Part shown: piece after piece, positions 43,801 through 53,290 of the stretch
How positions within the stretch are numbered: position 1 is the first letter of the stretch
Layout of the letters: each line of letters starts with the position of its first letter
NCBI RefSeq assembly: GCF_004010195.1
Contig: NC_057732.1
Span: 12,759,958 to 12,823,957 of the forward strand
Source: Chiloscyllium plagiosum
Taxonomy: Eukaryota
Length of the DNA: 64,000 nucleotides
Reading direction: 5' to 3'
Program-made: the position numbers and the translations under genes
Notes under the pieces: generated by a model
What the model was told of the DNA's origin: nothing
Database searches by the model: none
What the model saw: the letters and a program-made list of their open reading frames with translations, nothing else

Positions 43801-46800
43801 CAAACCTCCTTGCTGTTAACATACTTAGCAGTCAGTGTGTAAAGCTTCCTATCCTTGCAAAGTTCCCAGCATTCTTACTTTGCTACTTCAATAGGTAATA
43901 AAGATTGATTAATTCCTCTTCGCATAGAGGGCATTCATGACATCCCAGATGCAGCAGCATAGGATAAATCATGTTGGATGCAGCAATGCTGCTAATGCCA
44001 CTTGTTTCAGCAGAGCAGAAATGTGGAGCAGAATATCAGCACTATCACATTTACAGCCTTCACAAGTGCTCTTCAGGTCCTGTGTGGAACCTCAACGACC
44101 AATGACACCAACCACTGTGAGACTGAAGCTAGTTATGTCTACCTCATGACAGGTCCAGGTCGACAACACATGTTTGAAAATCCATATGGTGTATGGCCTT
44201 CTGCACCTACCTTCTCTTTATCCCTCTTCACATAAAACCACCAATTTCTGAAATTATCCTTATTGATCCCTCTTCAGCCTCCAGCTCCAACAGCAGATCT
44301 ATCATAATATTAACTATGTTGAAAGTAAAAGTAGAGAAAACTTTCTCAAAAAAGGTGATGACTCAGATTATTTTTATAAAAAAAAAGCACTCGATACTTG
44401 ACTTCTAGCCAACATTCATCCAAACAAAAAACTCCATAAGTCATTACAATGACTAACCAAGATACTCAACCAAAACAGAGGGAAGAATCCCTTTAAATAC
44501 CATCTCTGCAGGCTATTCCTCAGCATGATTTGCTGAGTGAAATCAGACACAGGTACACAGCAATATAACAAAAGCAGCCCGAAACAATGAAGCTTGCCAA
44601 TTTCAATGCTTCTTTCTGGTAGCTTTGTAGATGATTGAAATCTTTTTCAAATTGGCAAGAAACACACTTCCTTTGTAATATGGGGTTGTACAAATCACCT
44701 AGCAAAACAAAAATTCAATTTCTCTTTAGATACATACAAATTGCTTAACTTGAATGACGGGACCAATTATGAAAGGAAAATGTATTTATGAAGTAAAGAG
44801 CATTTCTCAGTCTAATTAATTATGACCAAGTCATTCAAAGTTGTCTACAAGATCAGATGTGGATATTAAGGTTGCTTTTGATTGGCAATAGAGACTAGCT
44901 GTAGCAAGGATGGCAGAGTCAGATGTACAGCACGGAAACAGACCCTTCGGTCCAACCTGTTCATGCCGACCAGATATCCCAACCCAATCTAGCCCCACCT
45001 GCCAGCACCCGGCCTATATCCCTCCAAACCCTTCCTATTCATATACCCATCCAGATGCCTTTCAAATGTTGGAGTTGTACCAGCCTCCACCACTTCCTCT
45101 GGCAGCTCATTCCACACACGTACCACCCTCTGCATGAAAAAGTTGCCCCTTAGGTCTCTTTTATATCTTTCTCCCCTCACCCTAAACCTATGCCCTCTAG
45201 TTCTGGACTCCCCGACGCCAGGGAAAAGACTGCCTATTTACCCTATCCATGCCCCTCAATTTTGTAAATCTCTATAAGATCACCCCTCAGCTTCCGATGC
45301 TCCATGGAAAACAGCCCCAGCCTGTTCAGCCTCTCCCTGTAGCTCAAATCCTCCAACCCTGGCAACATCCTTGTAAATCTTTTTGGAACCCTTTCAAGTT
45401 TCACAACATCTTTCCGATAGGAAGGAGACCAGAATTGCATGCACTATCCCAACAGTGGCTGAACCAATGTCCTGTACAGCCACAACATGATCTCCCAATT
45501 CCTGTACTCAATACTCTGACTAATAAAGAAAAGCATACCAAACACCTTCTTCACTATCCTATCTACCTGTGACTCCACTTTCAAGCTATGAACCTGTACT
45601 CCAAAGTCTTTGTTCAGCAACACTCTCTAGGACCTTACCATTAAGTGTACAAGTCCTGCTAAGATTTGCTTTCCAAAAATGCAGTACCTCACATTTATCT
45701 AAATTAAACTCCATCTGTCATTTCTCAGCGCATTGGCCCATCTGATCAAGATTCTGTTGTAATCTGAAGTAAGCTTCTTTGCTGTCTGCTAACCTCCAAT
45801 TTTGGGGTTATATCAAACTTACTAACTACACCTCTTATGCTCACATCAAAATCATTTATATAAAATGAAGTGTACCCAGCACCAATCCTTGTGGCACTCC
45901 ACTGGTCACAGGCCTCCAGTCTGAAAAACAACCCTCCACCACTACCCTCTGCCTTCTACCTTTGAGCCAGTATCCAAATGGTGAGTTCTCCCTGTATTCT
46001 GTGAGATCTAACCTTGCTCACCATTCCCCCATGGGGAACCTTGCCGAATGCCTTACTGAAGTCCATATAGATCAATGCTACTGTTCTGCCCTCAATCCTT
46101 TTGTTACTTCTTCAAAAAACTCAAGTCAAGTTTGTGAGACATGATTTCCCATGCATAAAGCCAGGTTGACTATCCCTAATCAGTCCTTGCTTTTTCAAAT
46201 ACATGTACATCCTGTCCCTCAGGATTCCCTCCAACAACTTGCCCACCACCGACATCAGGCTCACTAGTCTATAGTCAAGGTTAGAGTGATGCTAGAAAAG
46301 CACAGCAAGAAAAGAGGGCTGATTCCTGATGAAGGACTTTAGCCCAAAACATTAAGTTTCCTGCTCCTCGGAAGCTGCCTGACCTGTTGTGCTTTTCCAG
46401 CACCACTCTAATCTTGATTCTGATCTCCAGCATCTGCAGTCCTCACTTTCATCCCCTTGGTAGTCAAGAATCTACCTCTGCCTTAAAAATACTTGAAAAA
46501 TCTGCATCCACTACTTTTCAGGAAGGGAATTCCAATGGCTTACAAATTCCCGACATAACAAAGAACAAAAGAAAATGACAGCACACGAACAGGCCCTTCA
46601 GCCATCCAAGCCTGCGCCTGTCACCTATTTTCCAAGGAACTGTATCCCTCTGCTCCCTGCCCATTCATGTACCTGTATAGATATATTTTAAATGATATTA
46701 TCATGCCGGCCTCTGCTCCTTCCACTAGCATGTTCTAGGCACCAACCACCCTCTGCATAAAGGACTTTACACGCATATCTCCCTTAAATCTTTTCCCCTC

Positions 46801-47756
46801 TCACCTTGAAATCATGGCCCCTCGTACCAGAGTCCCCCACTCTAGGAAAAAGCTTCTAGCTATCCCAGTCTACATCTCCCAGGATTTTGTAGACCTCAAT
46901 CAGGTGTCCTCTCAACCTCTGTCTTTTTAGTGAAAATAATCCTAATCTACTCAACCTCTTTATAGCTAGCGCCCACCATACCAAGCAACATCCTGGTGAA
47001 CCTCCTCTGCATGCTCTCCAAAGCATCTACATTGTTCTGGTAATGTGGCAACCAGAACTATATGTAGTATTCCAAAAGTGGCCAATCCAAAGTCCGGTAC
47101 AAGTGTAACATGAAATATTTTCTTTCCTCAACTTGATTTTAAATGGATGACCCCTTTTATTAAAACATGACCCCTAGTATTTGATATTTCCACAAGAGGA
47201 AACATCTTACCACATCCACCTGGTCAGGCCTCCCAGGGTCTTATGTGCTTCAATTAAATCAACCTGGTTCTTCTAAACTCCAGAGGATAGATAGCACAAA
47301 TCATTCACATTCTCAAAAACTTCCTTCCAGTGACTGACAGCTTAATAGGTTAAGATTCTTTCCCACGCATACAAAATGTTGTATTATTTCTGCTCCACTT
47401 CAATGAGCAATTCTCTCGCGTTCCAAAAAACAATAAAAGAAGTGGAAGACAATATAACAATGTGTGTTAGAAAATAGACATCTTCTACCTTCTATGACTG
47501 GTGTTTGCTCTGTGGAAAATAAAAAGAAAGAAGTTGACAATTTCGGAAATGTCAAGCCAATTCTGTTTTCTTTAAAAAACAACATTTAACAGTATCAGTA
47601 GTGTCTTACCTTCCACCTCCTCCCTGTTGGCAAAAGAAAAGGCACATAGGATATATTATCCCAACAAAATAAACCATTTATATTCAACAGTTATATAATA
47701 GACATAATTATTAATGCTTACTGCAGCTCTTCCAAGATAGCTTCAGTGTCTGCCAT
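4765..47756 (-). CDS. TNNT2-like: Troponin T, multi-exon gene (13 coding exons, 264 aa); cardiac/TNNT2-like, possibly TNNT4 class
   Basis: Coding exons 47722-47756, 47610-47623, 38427-38465, 35651-35668, 34165-34186, 25332-25389, 22819-22935, 20865-20942, 15757-15870, 14966-15078, 14433-14523, 8308-8351 and 4765-4816 sum to 795 nt with consistent phases and GT-AG ends. Hallmark TnT motifs: [38 protein letters not shown]...QKYE, C-terminal KGKVGGRWK. Family assignment is firm; the paralog is uncertain. Confidence 0.95.
7045..7852 (-). mobile_element. CR1-clade LINE 3' fragment
   Basis: ORF 7330..7578 [20 protein letters not shown]; CR1-type 3'UTR. Confidence 0.85.
8308..8351 (-). CDS. TNNT2-like: Troponin T penultimate exon [14 protein letters not shown](F)
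   Basis: ttttttgttgtttcag|ATCAACCTG...AAAATT|gtaagt; 44 nt, phase 0 to 2; IN-L--R pattern of the TnT penultimate exon. Confidence 0.85.
8971..9413. mobile_element. Penelope-like element remnant with inverted pseudo-LTRs (about 176-bp fold-back) and 16-bp TSD
   Basis: Arms about 8968-9143 and 9183-9359 are near-perfect inverted repeats. Encodes GIY-YIG ORF end [23 protein letters not shown] tgaacagcttggggag at 8955-8970 and 9414-9429. Confidence 0.88.
8986..9025 (-). ncRNA. Minimal type I hammerhead ribozyme motif (intact core)
   Basis: gca CTGATGA t gtcgcct agcc aggggac GAAA CG TT tgc: 3-bp stem I, 7-bp stem II with one mismatch, AAACGTTT palindrome. The mirror copy at 9302-9341 (+) has CTGATGG. 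Confidence 0.75.
12655..12960 (+). mobile_element. tRNA-derived SINE, second family (non-HE1)
   Basis: Degenerate A/B-box head followed by a non-HE1 body; related head at about 34360-34440. Confidence 0.55.
13301..13650 (+). mobile_element. HE1-type SINE
   Basis: gggcagcacagtggctcgtagttagcactgctgcctca tRNA-like head, HE1-like body, LINE-like 3' tail. Confidence 0.8.
14433..14523 (-). CDS. TNNT2-like: Troponin T exon (K)[30 protein letters not shown] (IT-arm coiled coil)
   Basis: 91 nt, catttag / gtatgt boundaries, phase 2 to 0. Confidence 0.96.
14966..15078 (-). CDS. TNNT2-like: Troponin T exon [37 protein letters not shown](K)
   Basis: 113 nt, cgatag / gtaagt boundaries, phase 0 to 2. Confidence 0.95.
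15110..15600 (+). mobile_element. Decayed CR1 3' fragment
   Basis: Remnants of RPHLE, VQRRF and RGDLI plus a CR1 3'UTR. Confidence 0.65.
15757..15870 (-). CDS. TNNT2-like: Troponin T exon [38 protein letters not shown]
   Basis: 114 nt, ttccccag / gtatgc boundaries, phase 0-0. Confidence 0.96.
16080..17240 (-). mobile_element. Old CR1/L2-superfamily LINE fragment
   Basis: Degenerate RT; similar decayed copies at about 26700-27470 and 47960-49700. Confidence 0.55.
18340..19335 (+). mobile_element. Rex1/Babar-type LINE 3' fragment
   Basis: FAEDT.VG....[37 protein letters not shown] matches the Rex1-type RT C-terminus; interrupted at 18839-18956. Confidence 0.7.
18839..18956 (-). mobile_element. 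Penelope-derived mini-element, 10-bp TSD
   Basis: TSD ctcccatcca at 18829-18838 and 18957-18966; 5' end falls in hammerhead stem II. Confidence 0.8.
19617..19688 (-). pseudogene. Degenerate partial duplicate (pseudo-exon) of the 78-nt troponin T exon at 20865-20942
   Basis: About 70 nt nearly identical to 20862-20934, with a 1-nt deletion, about five substitutions, CGA>TGA in the original frame and a weakened donor (gtacca). Confidence 0.85.
20865..20942 (-). CDS. TNNT2-like: Troponin T exon [26 protein letters not shown]
   Basis: 78 nt, ttcacag / gtaagt boundaries; lies inside ORF 20727..20957. Confidence 0.96.
22410..22630 (+). mobile_element. HE1-type SINE, 5'-truncated
   Basis: cccacagtccaaagatgtgcaggttaggtgg body and tail. 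Confidence 0.75.
22819..22935 (-). CDS. TNNT2-like: Troponin T exon [39 protein letters not shown] (T1 tropomyosin-binding region)
   Basis: 117 nt, ccacag / gtacgg boundaries; lies inside ORF 22660..22986. Confidence 0.97.
23462..23620. mobile_element. Penelope-derived fold-back mini-element, 14-bp TSD
   Basis: Inverted arms; TSD aatgaaagatttaa at 23448-23461 and 23621-23634. Confidence 0.85.
24516..24724. mobile_element. Penelope-derived fold-back mini-element with two head-to-head degenerate hammerheads, 16-bp TSD
   Basis: Inverted arms meet at ttcttc/tcCTGAAGA; TSD cagtatattcacagtg at 24500-24515 and 24725-24740. Confidence 0.88.
25049..25320. repeat. Near-perfect tandem duplication (135 + 137 bp)
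   Basis: Units 25049-25183 and 25184-25320 appear identical except for a 2-nt insertion. Confidence 0.95.
25332..25389 (-). CDS. TNNT2-like: Troponin T exon (K)[19 protein letters not shown]
   Basis: ttctccctcag acceptor, GAT|gtgagt donor, 58 nt; conserved PK-PDGE-VDFD. Confidence 0.95.
26275..26615 (-). mobile_element. HE1-type SINE
   Basis: Reverse complement of the tRNA-like head at about 26550-26615; HE1-like body. Confidence 0.85.
27935..28800 (-). mobile_element. CR1-clade LINE 3' fragment
   Basis: ORFs [23 protein letters not shown] and [12 protein letters not shown]; same subfamily as 59983-61755. Confidence 0.9.
28950..29800 (-). mobile_element. Highly decayed PIF/Harbinger transposase remnant
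   Basis: GCIHGSH resembles the GAIDGTH catalytic motif; VVCCTL resembles the ACC-LHN C-terminal motif. Similar remnants at about 27590-27800 and 32570-32950. Confidence 0.4.
30730..31640 (+). mobile_element. CR1/HER1-type LINE 3' fragment with Penelope-derived insert (31017-31108)
   Basis: [24 protein letters not shown]; [16 protein letters not shown]; ctatgattctatg tail. Confidence 0.9.
33055..33355 (-). mobile_element. HE1-type SINE
   Basis: Well-preserved reverse-complement head ggcatggtggctcagtggttagcactgctgcctcacagcgccagggacctgggtttgattccc. Confidence 0.88.
34165..34186 (-). CDS. TNNT2-like: Troponin T 22-nt exon EETKPKP(K)
   Basis: tttctctgttacag|AAGAGACAAAGCCAAAGCCAAA|gtaagt; phase 1 to 2; KPKP motif. 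Confidence 0.9.
34535..34722. mobile_element. Fold-back mini-element of a second Penelope-derived family
   Basis: Inverted arms gctggaaaagctcagtaggtctggcagcatctgtg / cacagatgctgccggacctgctgagcttttccc, with a degenerate CTGAAG..GAAATGTT core at the centre. Confidence 0.75.
35651..35668 (-). CDS. TNNT2-like: Troponin T 18-nt microexon AEDAEE
   Basis: gctaac branch-like motif, ttttctctttag|CAGAAGACGCAGAAGAAG|gtatgt; phase 1-1. Confidence 0.8.
36136..36305. mobile_element. Penelope-derived fold-back mini-element
   Basis: Inverted arms meet at gaaacatcga; TSD degenerate. Confidence 0.8.
36595..37188 (+). mobile_element. Solo LTR (594 bp)
   Basis: TG...CA termini, 5-bp TSD tgtac (36590-36594, 37189-37193), TATATAA at 37055-37061, AATAAA at 37124-37129, degenerate U3-like tandem repeats. 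Confidence 0.85.
38427..38465 (-). CDS. TNNT2-like: Troponin T 39-nt N-terminal variable-region exon [13 protein letters not shown]
   Basis: ctctttcttttag acceptor, CAAG|gtaaaa donor, phase 1-1, acidic sequence. Confidence 0.78.
39642..40924 (-). mobile_element. 5'-truncated Penelope-like retroelement (RT C-terminus + GIY-YIG + pLTR), 14-bp TSD
   Basis: [35 protein letters not shown]-terminus; frameshifted RT remnants; TSD acatcttgcaaaat at 39628-39641 and 40925-40938. Confidence 0.9.
39701..39736 (-). ncRNA. Minimal type I hammerhead ribozyme motif (intact core)
   Basis: attc CTGATGA a GGGC tttt GCCC GAAA CG TT gatt, downstream of the GIY-YIG ORF; weak stem I. Confidence 0.65.
41733..41945 (-). 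mobile_element. CR1 3' end of another subfamily nested in opposite orientation
   Basis: (atagaac)n tail at about 41733-41752; host LINE lacks internal sequence at this site. Confidence 0.7.
43130..43490 (+). mobile_element. CR1 3' fragment
   Basis: [25 protein letters not shown], 3'UTR. Confidence 0.8.
44915..46277 (-). mobile_element. CR1/HER1-type LINE fragment
   Basis: [28 protein letters not shown]; [15 protein letters not shown]. Confidence 0.9.
46278..46452. mobile_element. Penelope-derived mini-element with short inverted arm and mutated hammerhead
   Basis: gattcCTGATGAaggactttagcccAAAAC followed by the family 3' tail catctgcagtcctcactttc. Confidence 0.75.
46560..47110 (-). mobile_element. 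CR1 3' fragment
   Basis: Reverse-complement CR1 ORF2 end and 3'UTR. Confidence 0.7.
47610..47623 (-). CDS. TNNT2-like: Troponin T 14-nt microexon (Q)EEVE
   Basis: ccaacag|GGAGGAGGTGGAAG|gtaaga; phase 2 to 1; 98-nt intron from the ATG exon. Confidence 0.85.
47722..47756 (-). CDS. TNNT2-like: Troponin T first coding exon (exon spans 47722-47777; ATG at 47756), [11 protein letters not shown](Q)
   Basis: ttctttttccag acceptor, 21 nt of 5'UTR, GAG-ATG-G start context, CA|gtaagc donor (phase 2). Confidence 0.88.
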
Positions 47757-47959
47757 CTCTGCACAATTGTAATGTACCTGGAAAAAGAATATAATGTGTC
47801 AAGTTTAAATATTAATTTTTTTACAGACAATCACTAAACCCCATTTAAAAATAAATGCACTGCTGCAGAAGCCCAGTGTTTTACTACCGAGCTAACAGGA
47901 GTGTTGTAAGCCCAGGAGAAGCACTTCATTTCATAGCAATATGAATGAATGCTGAAGAT

Positions 47960-49700
47960 GATTTATTTTATAAAGTCGATCATGGGATGTGGGCATCGCT
48001 AGCTGGGTCAGTATCTATTGCCCTTTCCTAATCACCCTCGAGAAGGTGGTGATGAGCCACTTTCTTGAACCACTGCAGTCTATCTGCTACAAGTACACCC
48101 CCAAAGTGCTGTTAGGAAGGGAACTCCAGCAGTTTAACCCAGTAGTGAATGAACATCAATATGGTGCCGTCAGGGGAACTTGCAAGTGGTGCTGTTTCCA
48201 AATGTCTGCTACCCTTGTCCTTCTAGATGGCAAGGGTTCTGATTTTGGAAGGAGCTATCAAAAGTAACCTTGACTAGTTGTTGCAGTGCATCTTGTAGTT
48301 TGCATACATTGTTACTATCATGCATCAGTGGCAGAGGGAGTGAGTGTTTAGGTTGGTGCATGGGGTGCCAACCGAGTGGGTTGCCACTTCCTGGAGGATG
48401 TGGAGTGTTGTTGGAGCTGCACCAATCCAGCCAACTGACAGTATTCTATCACATTCCTGATGTGTGCCTGTAAATGATGGATAGATTTTGTAGAGGGAGG
48501 AAGCAAGTGAACCACTTCATAGCTTCCAGTCTTTGACCCATACCTGTTGTCACAGTATTTAAATGGCTGGTCCAGTTCAGTATTTGGTGAATTGCATTTT
48601 CCCCAGGATGTCAATATTGGGATTCAGTGATGGTATTGCCATTGAATGTCAAGGAGAAATGGTTTGATTCTCCCTTGTTGGCTAGGTCACAAGAATGGCA
48701 CTGGCATAGCAGATATGTTACTTGTCACTTATCAAGCCAAGCCTGAATGGTGTCCCAATCTGTTGCATATGGACATGGACAGTTTCACTATCTGAAGACT
48801 TCAATGGTACTAAATGCTGTTATCAGTGAACATTCTGATTTCTAATATTATCATAGAGAGGAGGTCACGGATTACAGTGCCCTGAGGAACTTCTGTAACA
48901 ATATCCTGGACGGAGATGACTGGCTTGCACAACCTCAAACATCGTCCTGTCAGCCAAGTATGACTGTAGTCATTTGAGAGCTTTCTCCCCTAATGACAGG
49001 GATGCTAATTGTCCGAATTGGATTTGCCTTGTTGTTTGTGGAAATAACAGACCCAACCAAATCTTCTTCATTGTCAAGTCTCTACTAGAACAGCTTGGCT
49101 AGGATGTAGATATTGCAGGAAACACAAGATTTCCGTACCATTGCCAGAATGCTGTCAGGGCCTATAGACTCCGCAGCATCCAATCTCTTCAGCCATTTCT
49201 TGATATCATGTTGAGTGAATCGAATAGGCTGAGACAGTATCTATGACACTGGAAACCAATGGAACATCTACTTAATGTTTTTAGATGGTTGGAAATACCT
49301 CAGCCTTATATTTTACACCAATGTACTAGATTCCCCTCAATGGAGAGGATGGGGATATTGATGGGGCTGCCTCCCCTTGTTGGCTGTTTACTTGTCCACC
49401 ATTATTCACCATGGATATGGCACAATTGCAGAGCTTAGGTCTAATCTATTAGTTGTGATTGCTTACCTCTGGCCATTGGATACGGCTTCTACTGTTTGGC
49501 ACACAAGGAGTCCTGTGTTGAAGCTTCATCAGGTTAACAACTAATTTTTAGGTGGCCCTGCTGCTGCCCCTTGCATGCCATTCTACACTTTTCACTGAGA
49601 CAAGGTTTACTCTTTGGTTTGATAATGGACAAATATGGGACATGCATGGCTAAGAGGTTACAAATTATTATTGAAAACAATTCTGCTCCTGCTTATGGAC
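47960..49700 (-). mobile_element. Old CR1/L2-superfamily LINE fragment
   Basis: Degenerate RT remnants (..AHIRNVIEYC..); same family as 16080-17240. Confidence 0.55.
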
Positions 49701-50194
49701 TCAGAACCTGTTGCATGAAAAACCTCGCATTGGTTCCATTCAAGGAAGTCGGATTTCCACAAGTGAACCTAAATCAAGCATGAGATCCCTCATTAAGACG
49801 GGCAATGTTTGAGGCTCAGACAAACCAAGGCATCCTTAGAATGCAGAGTCCTCATAAACTGCTGATTTCTGCATGTGGTTTCCCACCCAGACAAATGAGC
49901 AGCACAGTGTGCAAAGTGTACTCTTATTTCTGAAAAGATGAGGAGGCTACTGGGGAGTTTCCTGACACACTGCTGATTACCTCAGCTGCCTGGAAGCAAA
50001 GTCCCTGGAATTCCAAGATACAGACCACACAGATCTCCTTCAGTGTGTACCCAATAATAAACAAGTTGCAAAAGTTACATTGATATCCAGGTTTGAGCCA
50101 CTGTAAACCTATTAGCCCCCAGTTTCCAAAGGGCACAACAGTGCTTCCTTTTACATGGGGATCTACTCAGTGCAAGGGGGAATTTGAAAAAATA

Positions 50195-50460
50195 GAAACC
50201 TGACATTGTGGAAGCAGGTCATTGAGTCTACTCTGACCCTCCAAAGAGCATTCCACCCAGATCCACCCCCATAAATCTGCATTTTCCATTGCCAAGCTAC
50301 CCAAACTGCATATCTTTTTGATGTTGGACACCCAGATAAATCCCACACAGACGTAGGGAGAATACGCAAACCTCAAACAGACAGCCAGCCAAGGGTGGAA
50401 CTGAACCCAGGTCCCTGGCTATGTGAGGCAGTAGTGCTGAGCACTGAGCCACCATACCAC
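50195..50460 (-). mobile_element. HE1-type SINE
   Basis: Reverse-complement tRNA-like head at about 50395-50460. Confidence 0.75.
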
Positions 50461-51937
50461 CCCAATGGGAGCATGCAGCAGATAAATAAAGGTAAAGGCT
50501 GACGAAGTGGTTACTTTTACAGCAATGTTTGTGACTCAAAAGGATAAGAATGCTTCCTCCAGGACTACACATCTACCTGTAACCGTCCCACCTTCCCATG
50601 ATCCGACTTACGCACAATGAAGTCATCCCTCCTGTCCTCATTGTCATAAACATGAGGGAGACCAGTCAATGTCTCCAAATCCTGAAGCACTATTCTTACC
50701 TTTCAAATCCAAAATGTGTTTTTATCTTTGAAATAAAAAAGTGACTGTTCAGACTGTACTGTCAGGCAAATTCCTGTGGGAGAACTAGGGATTGTCATAT
50801 CTGCAGAGTTTGGGTAACAACAGAGAGAATCTTAACAGAACATGATAATGAGGAGTCTGACTATCTTTTCGCTCTCAGCAAAAAGCCATGTCTCATTGAT
50901 TTGTTTCTTGTATTTTGCCTTTCCAGGAATATTAAAAAAAATTCAAAAAAGAAATGACTGCACCAATGGACGTGCTATCGAACTGAGTTTTATGTAAGTA
51001 AGAGCCTGCGGGTGAGTACTATTGTGTTATGAAGATCACAGTCAAAGAACCAGCCATTAGTCACCCCAGCATTTGCAGGTAAAATTCATTTAATCAAATG
51101 AATGCTCGAAGCCAGCTAGCTAACATGGCATTCAAAAAGGAAACAGGTCGACAAAAGGATTCTCTCATTCTGAATGCTCCCAGGTAACCACTGTTAAAGG
51201 GAAAGAGAACAAAAGGATTTCGACAAACTGCAAAGCCAAGTATTCACTGTTCAATTCTTCGTGAATCACCTAGAGAGATATGTCTTTAAACATTTATTTT
51301 TGGACTTACTCTTTTAATGATGCGCATGTAGGAGTTATTAATTCTTCTCATGGTCAGTAACTATAACTCACCTTTTTTTTAAAAATGAACTCAAGAAAGC
51401 TTAGTTAAATAGGCTTCGTTTACATTTGGTCTGAGAGAAGGACATACACAAGGGAGGGATCTTGTCTCAACTAACCTTGTTGGGACCAATCAAGGGGACA
51501 GGTGATTAGGGACAGCCAATTCATCCCTCCTCTCCTGAGAGATTAACAATTTGACATGTCAGCTTGGATCTGTAATAACTTGGAGAACCTCACCATATTC
51601 TAGTTGTAACCCTCATTGTAACTCCATCTCCCTCACATCAGCTCCTCTGCTTCGGACTCCCTGAACCCACCCAACAGTGGGCACCATATGCTCTATCCTA
51701 TGAGCTCTGTACTACTCGAGTCCCATGACACAAGTCTCCCTCTGTCATTGCCTCAGTTGGATGCATCTGCTGCAGTCTCATCCCCACAGCCACTCATCTG
51801 AAAATCTGAAGAGACTTTTGGGAAACTTACACCAGCAGCATTTTTAAAGTCAAAAACTGTACAGCTTTTATTAGTGCTTTTTTGCAAATCTAGGTAAACT
51901 ACATTAGCCCAGTTTGGCTGCCCCTTCCCAGACAGTG

Positions 51938-52265
51938 AATCACAGAATCCCTACAGTCCGGATGCAAGCCTTTCAGGCTATGAAGTACGCACTGGCCTTC
52001 TGAATTGCATTTCACTCCATCCCTGTAACCCTGTATTTCTCATACTAATCCACCTAATCTGCACATCCCTGAACTATATGGGCAATTTAGCATGGCCAAT
52101 CCACCTAGCCTGCACAGGTTTGGCCTGTGGGAGGAAATCAGAGTACCCAGAGGAAACCCACACTGACACAGGGAGAATGTCTGTGTGGAGTTTGCACAGT
52201 CTGGGATTGAACTTGGGTCGTTGGTGCTGTGAGGTAACAGTGCTAACTATTGAACCACCATGCCA
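51938..52265 (-). mobile_element. HE1-type SINE
   Basis: Reverse-complement head at about 52200-52265; HE1-like body. Confidence 0.78.
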
Positions 52266-53131
52266 GGGACTAAGAGGTTTGACAGTTGGAATCTTCCCCC
52301 TTCTGAGAAGACTGTTGCAAGGTCATTATTAATTTTTGATGTAAATATCCTTGACATTCACTGTCCATACTTGATTTTTTTAGTTCACACACAATTAGTG
52401 TGAGACTAATGGATCTTTCTTCCCCTAAGAAAATTTGCTATCCCTCATTTGAATTTGGACATAATAATCTGCTTGCAACCCAGTGGCACATTATACCCAG
52501 CATCCCAACACTTCAGCTCACCCCCACCCCAACATCATAGACCCTGTGATTCATTCATCCCTACCAATTATTTTAGCACCTCACAAATCTCTTCACAATC
52601 CCTCTCTCTCTCTGTTGACAAATACCATCTATGCCTGGGAGATTATTAGCTTTGAGCCCTTTAGCCACTTACAAACTGCCATCCCAAATCATTAATCATA
52701 CCAGGTGCATTTTCTGCACCATTTCATGCTGAGTTCTGTCAATAAACAATATGCAAAACAAAAACATTGCGATCATAGGTTGCATTATTCAATCCCAATT
52801 ACTTTTCAAAGAAAACAATTGAGTTATCTAATTTCAAAGCACTCCCCACAAATAATTAAATGCATTCCTCACATAACACCTACATATCTTAACCATAATT
52901 TAAATATGAATCTGTACGATTAAAGTCTGCAATTTGCCTAAAGTTTTAACAGGACCCCAATGATTAATTGCACAACGATATCTAATAAAACTGAAGACGT
53001 AATGATGCGCTAAATCCTAAAGATATAGAGAAGGGTTTTCTAAACGACTTTGTTTTATTTTTACAATATCAATAATAACAAAAAGCAACCAGCCTGGAAA
53101 AAAAAAGTGCAATGCAGAATATCTGTCTTAC

Positions 53132-53290
53132 CTTGGATTGAGGAGTAGCACTACTCCAATACCTCACTCCACCAACCTCACCTTAACCTGCAAATTTGCG
53201 CGCACCCTTGTGCGCGGCCACATTTAGCGCGCACCCGTGCGACCCGTGACCGCGCCTTGCTATCCCATTGGCTGAGGGACGATATTTTAT
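53132..53290 (-). promoter_or_regulatory. Candidate troponin T non-coding exon 1 and CpG-rich proximal promoter
   Basis: Strong donor AAG|gtaaga with exon end at 53132 (second AAG|gtgagg about 50 nt upstream). The most CpG-dense unique patch seen in the window (about 53195-53260, GCGCGCACCC twice). CCAAT on the minus strand at 53267-53271. Lies 5.4 kb upstream of the ATG exon. Confidence 0.55.
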
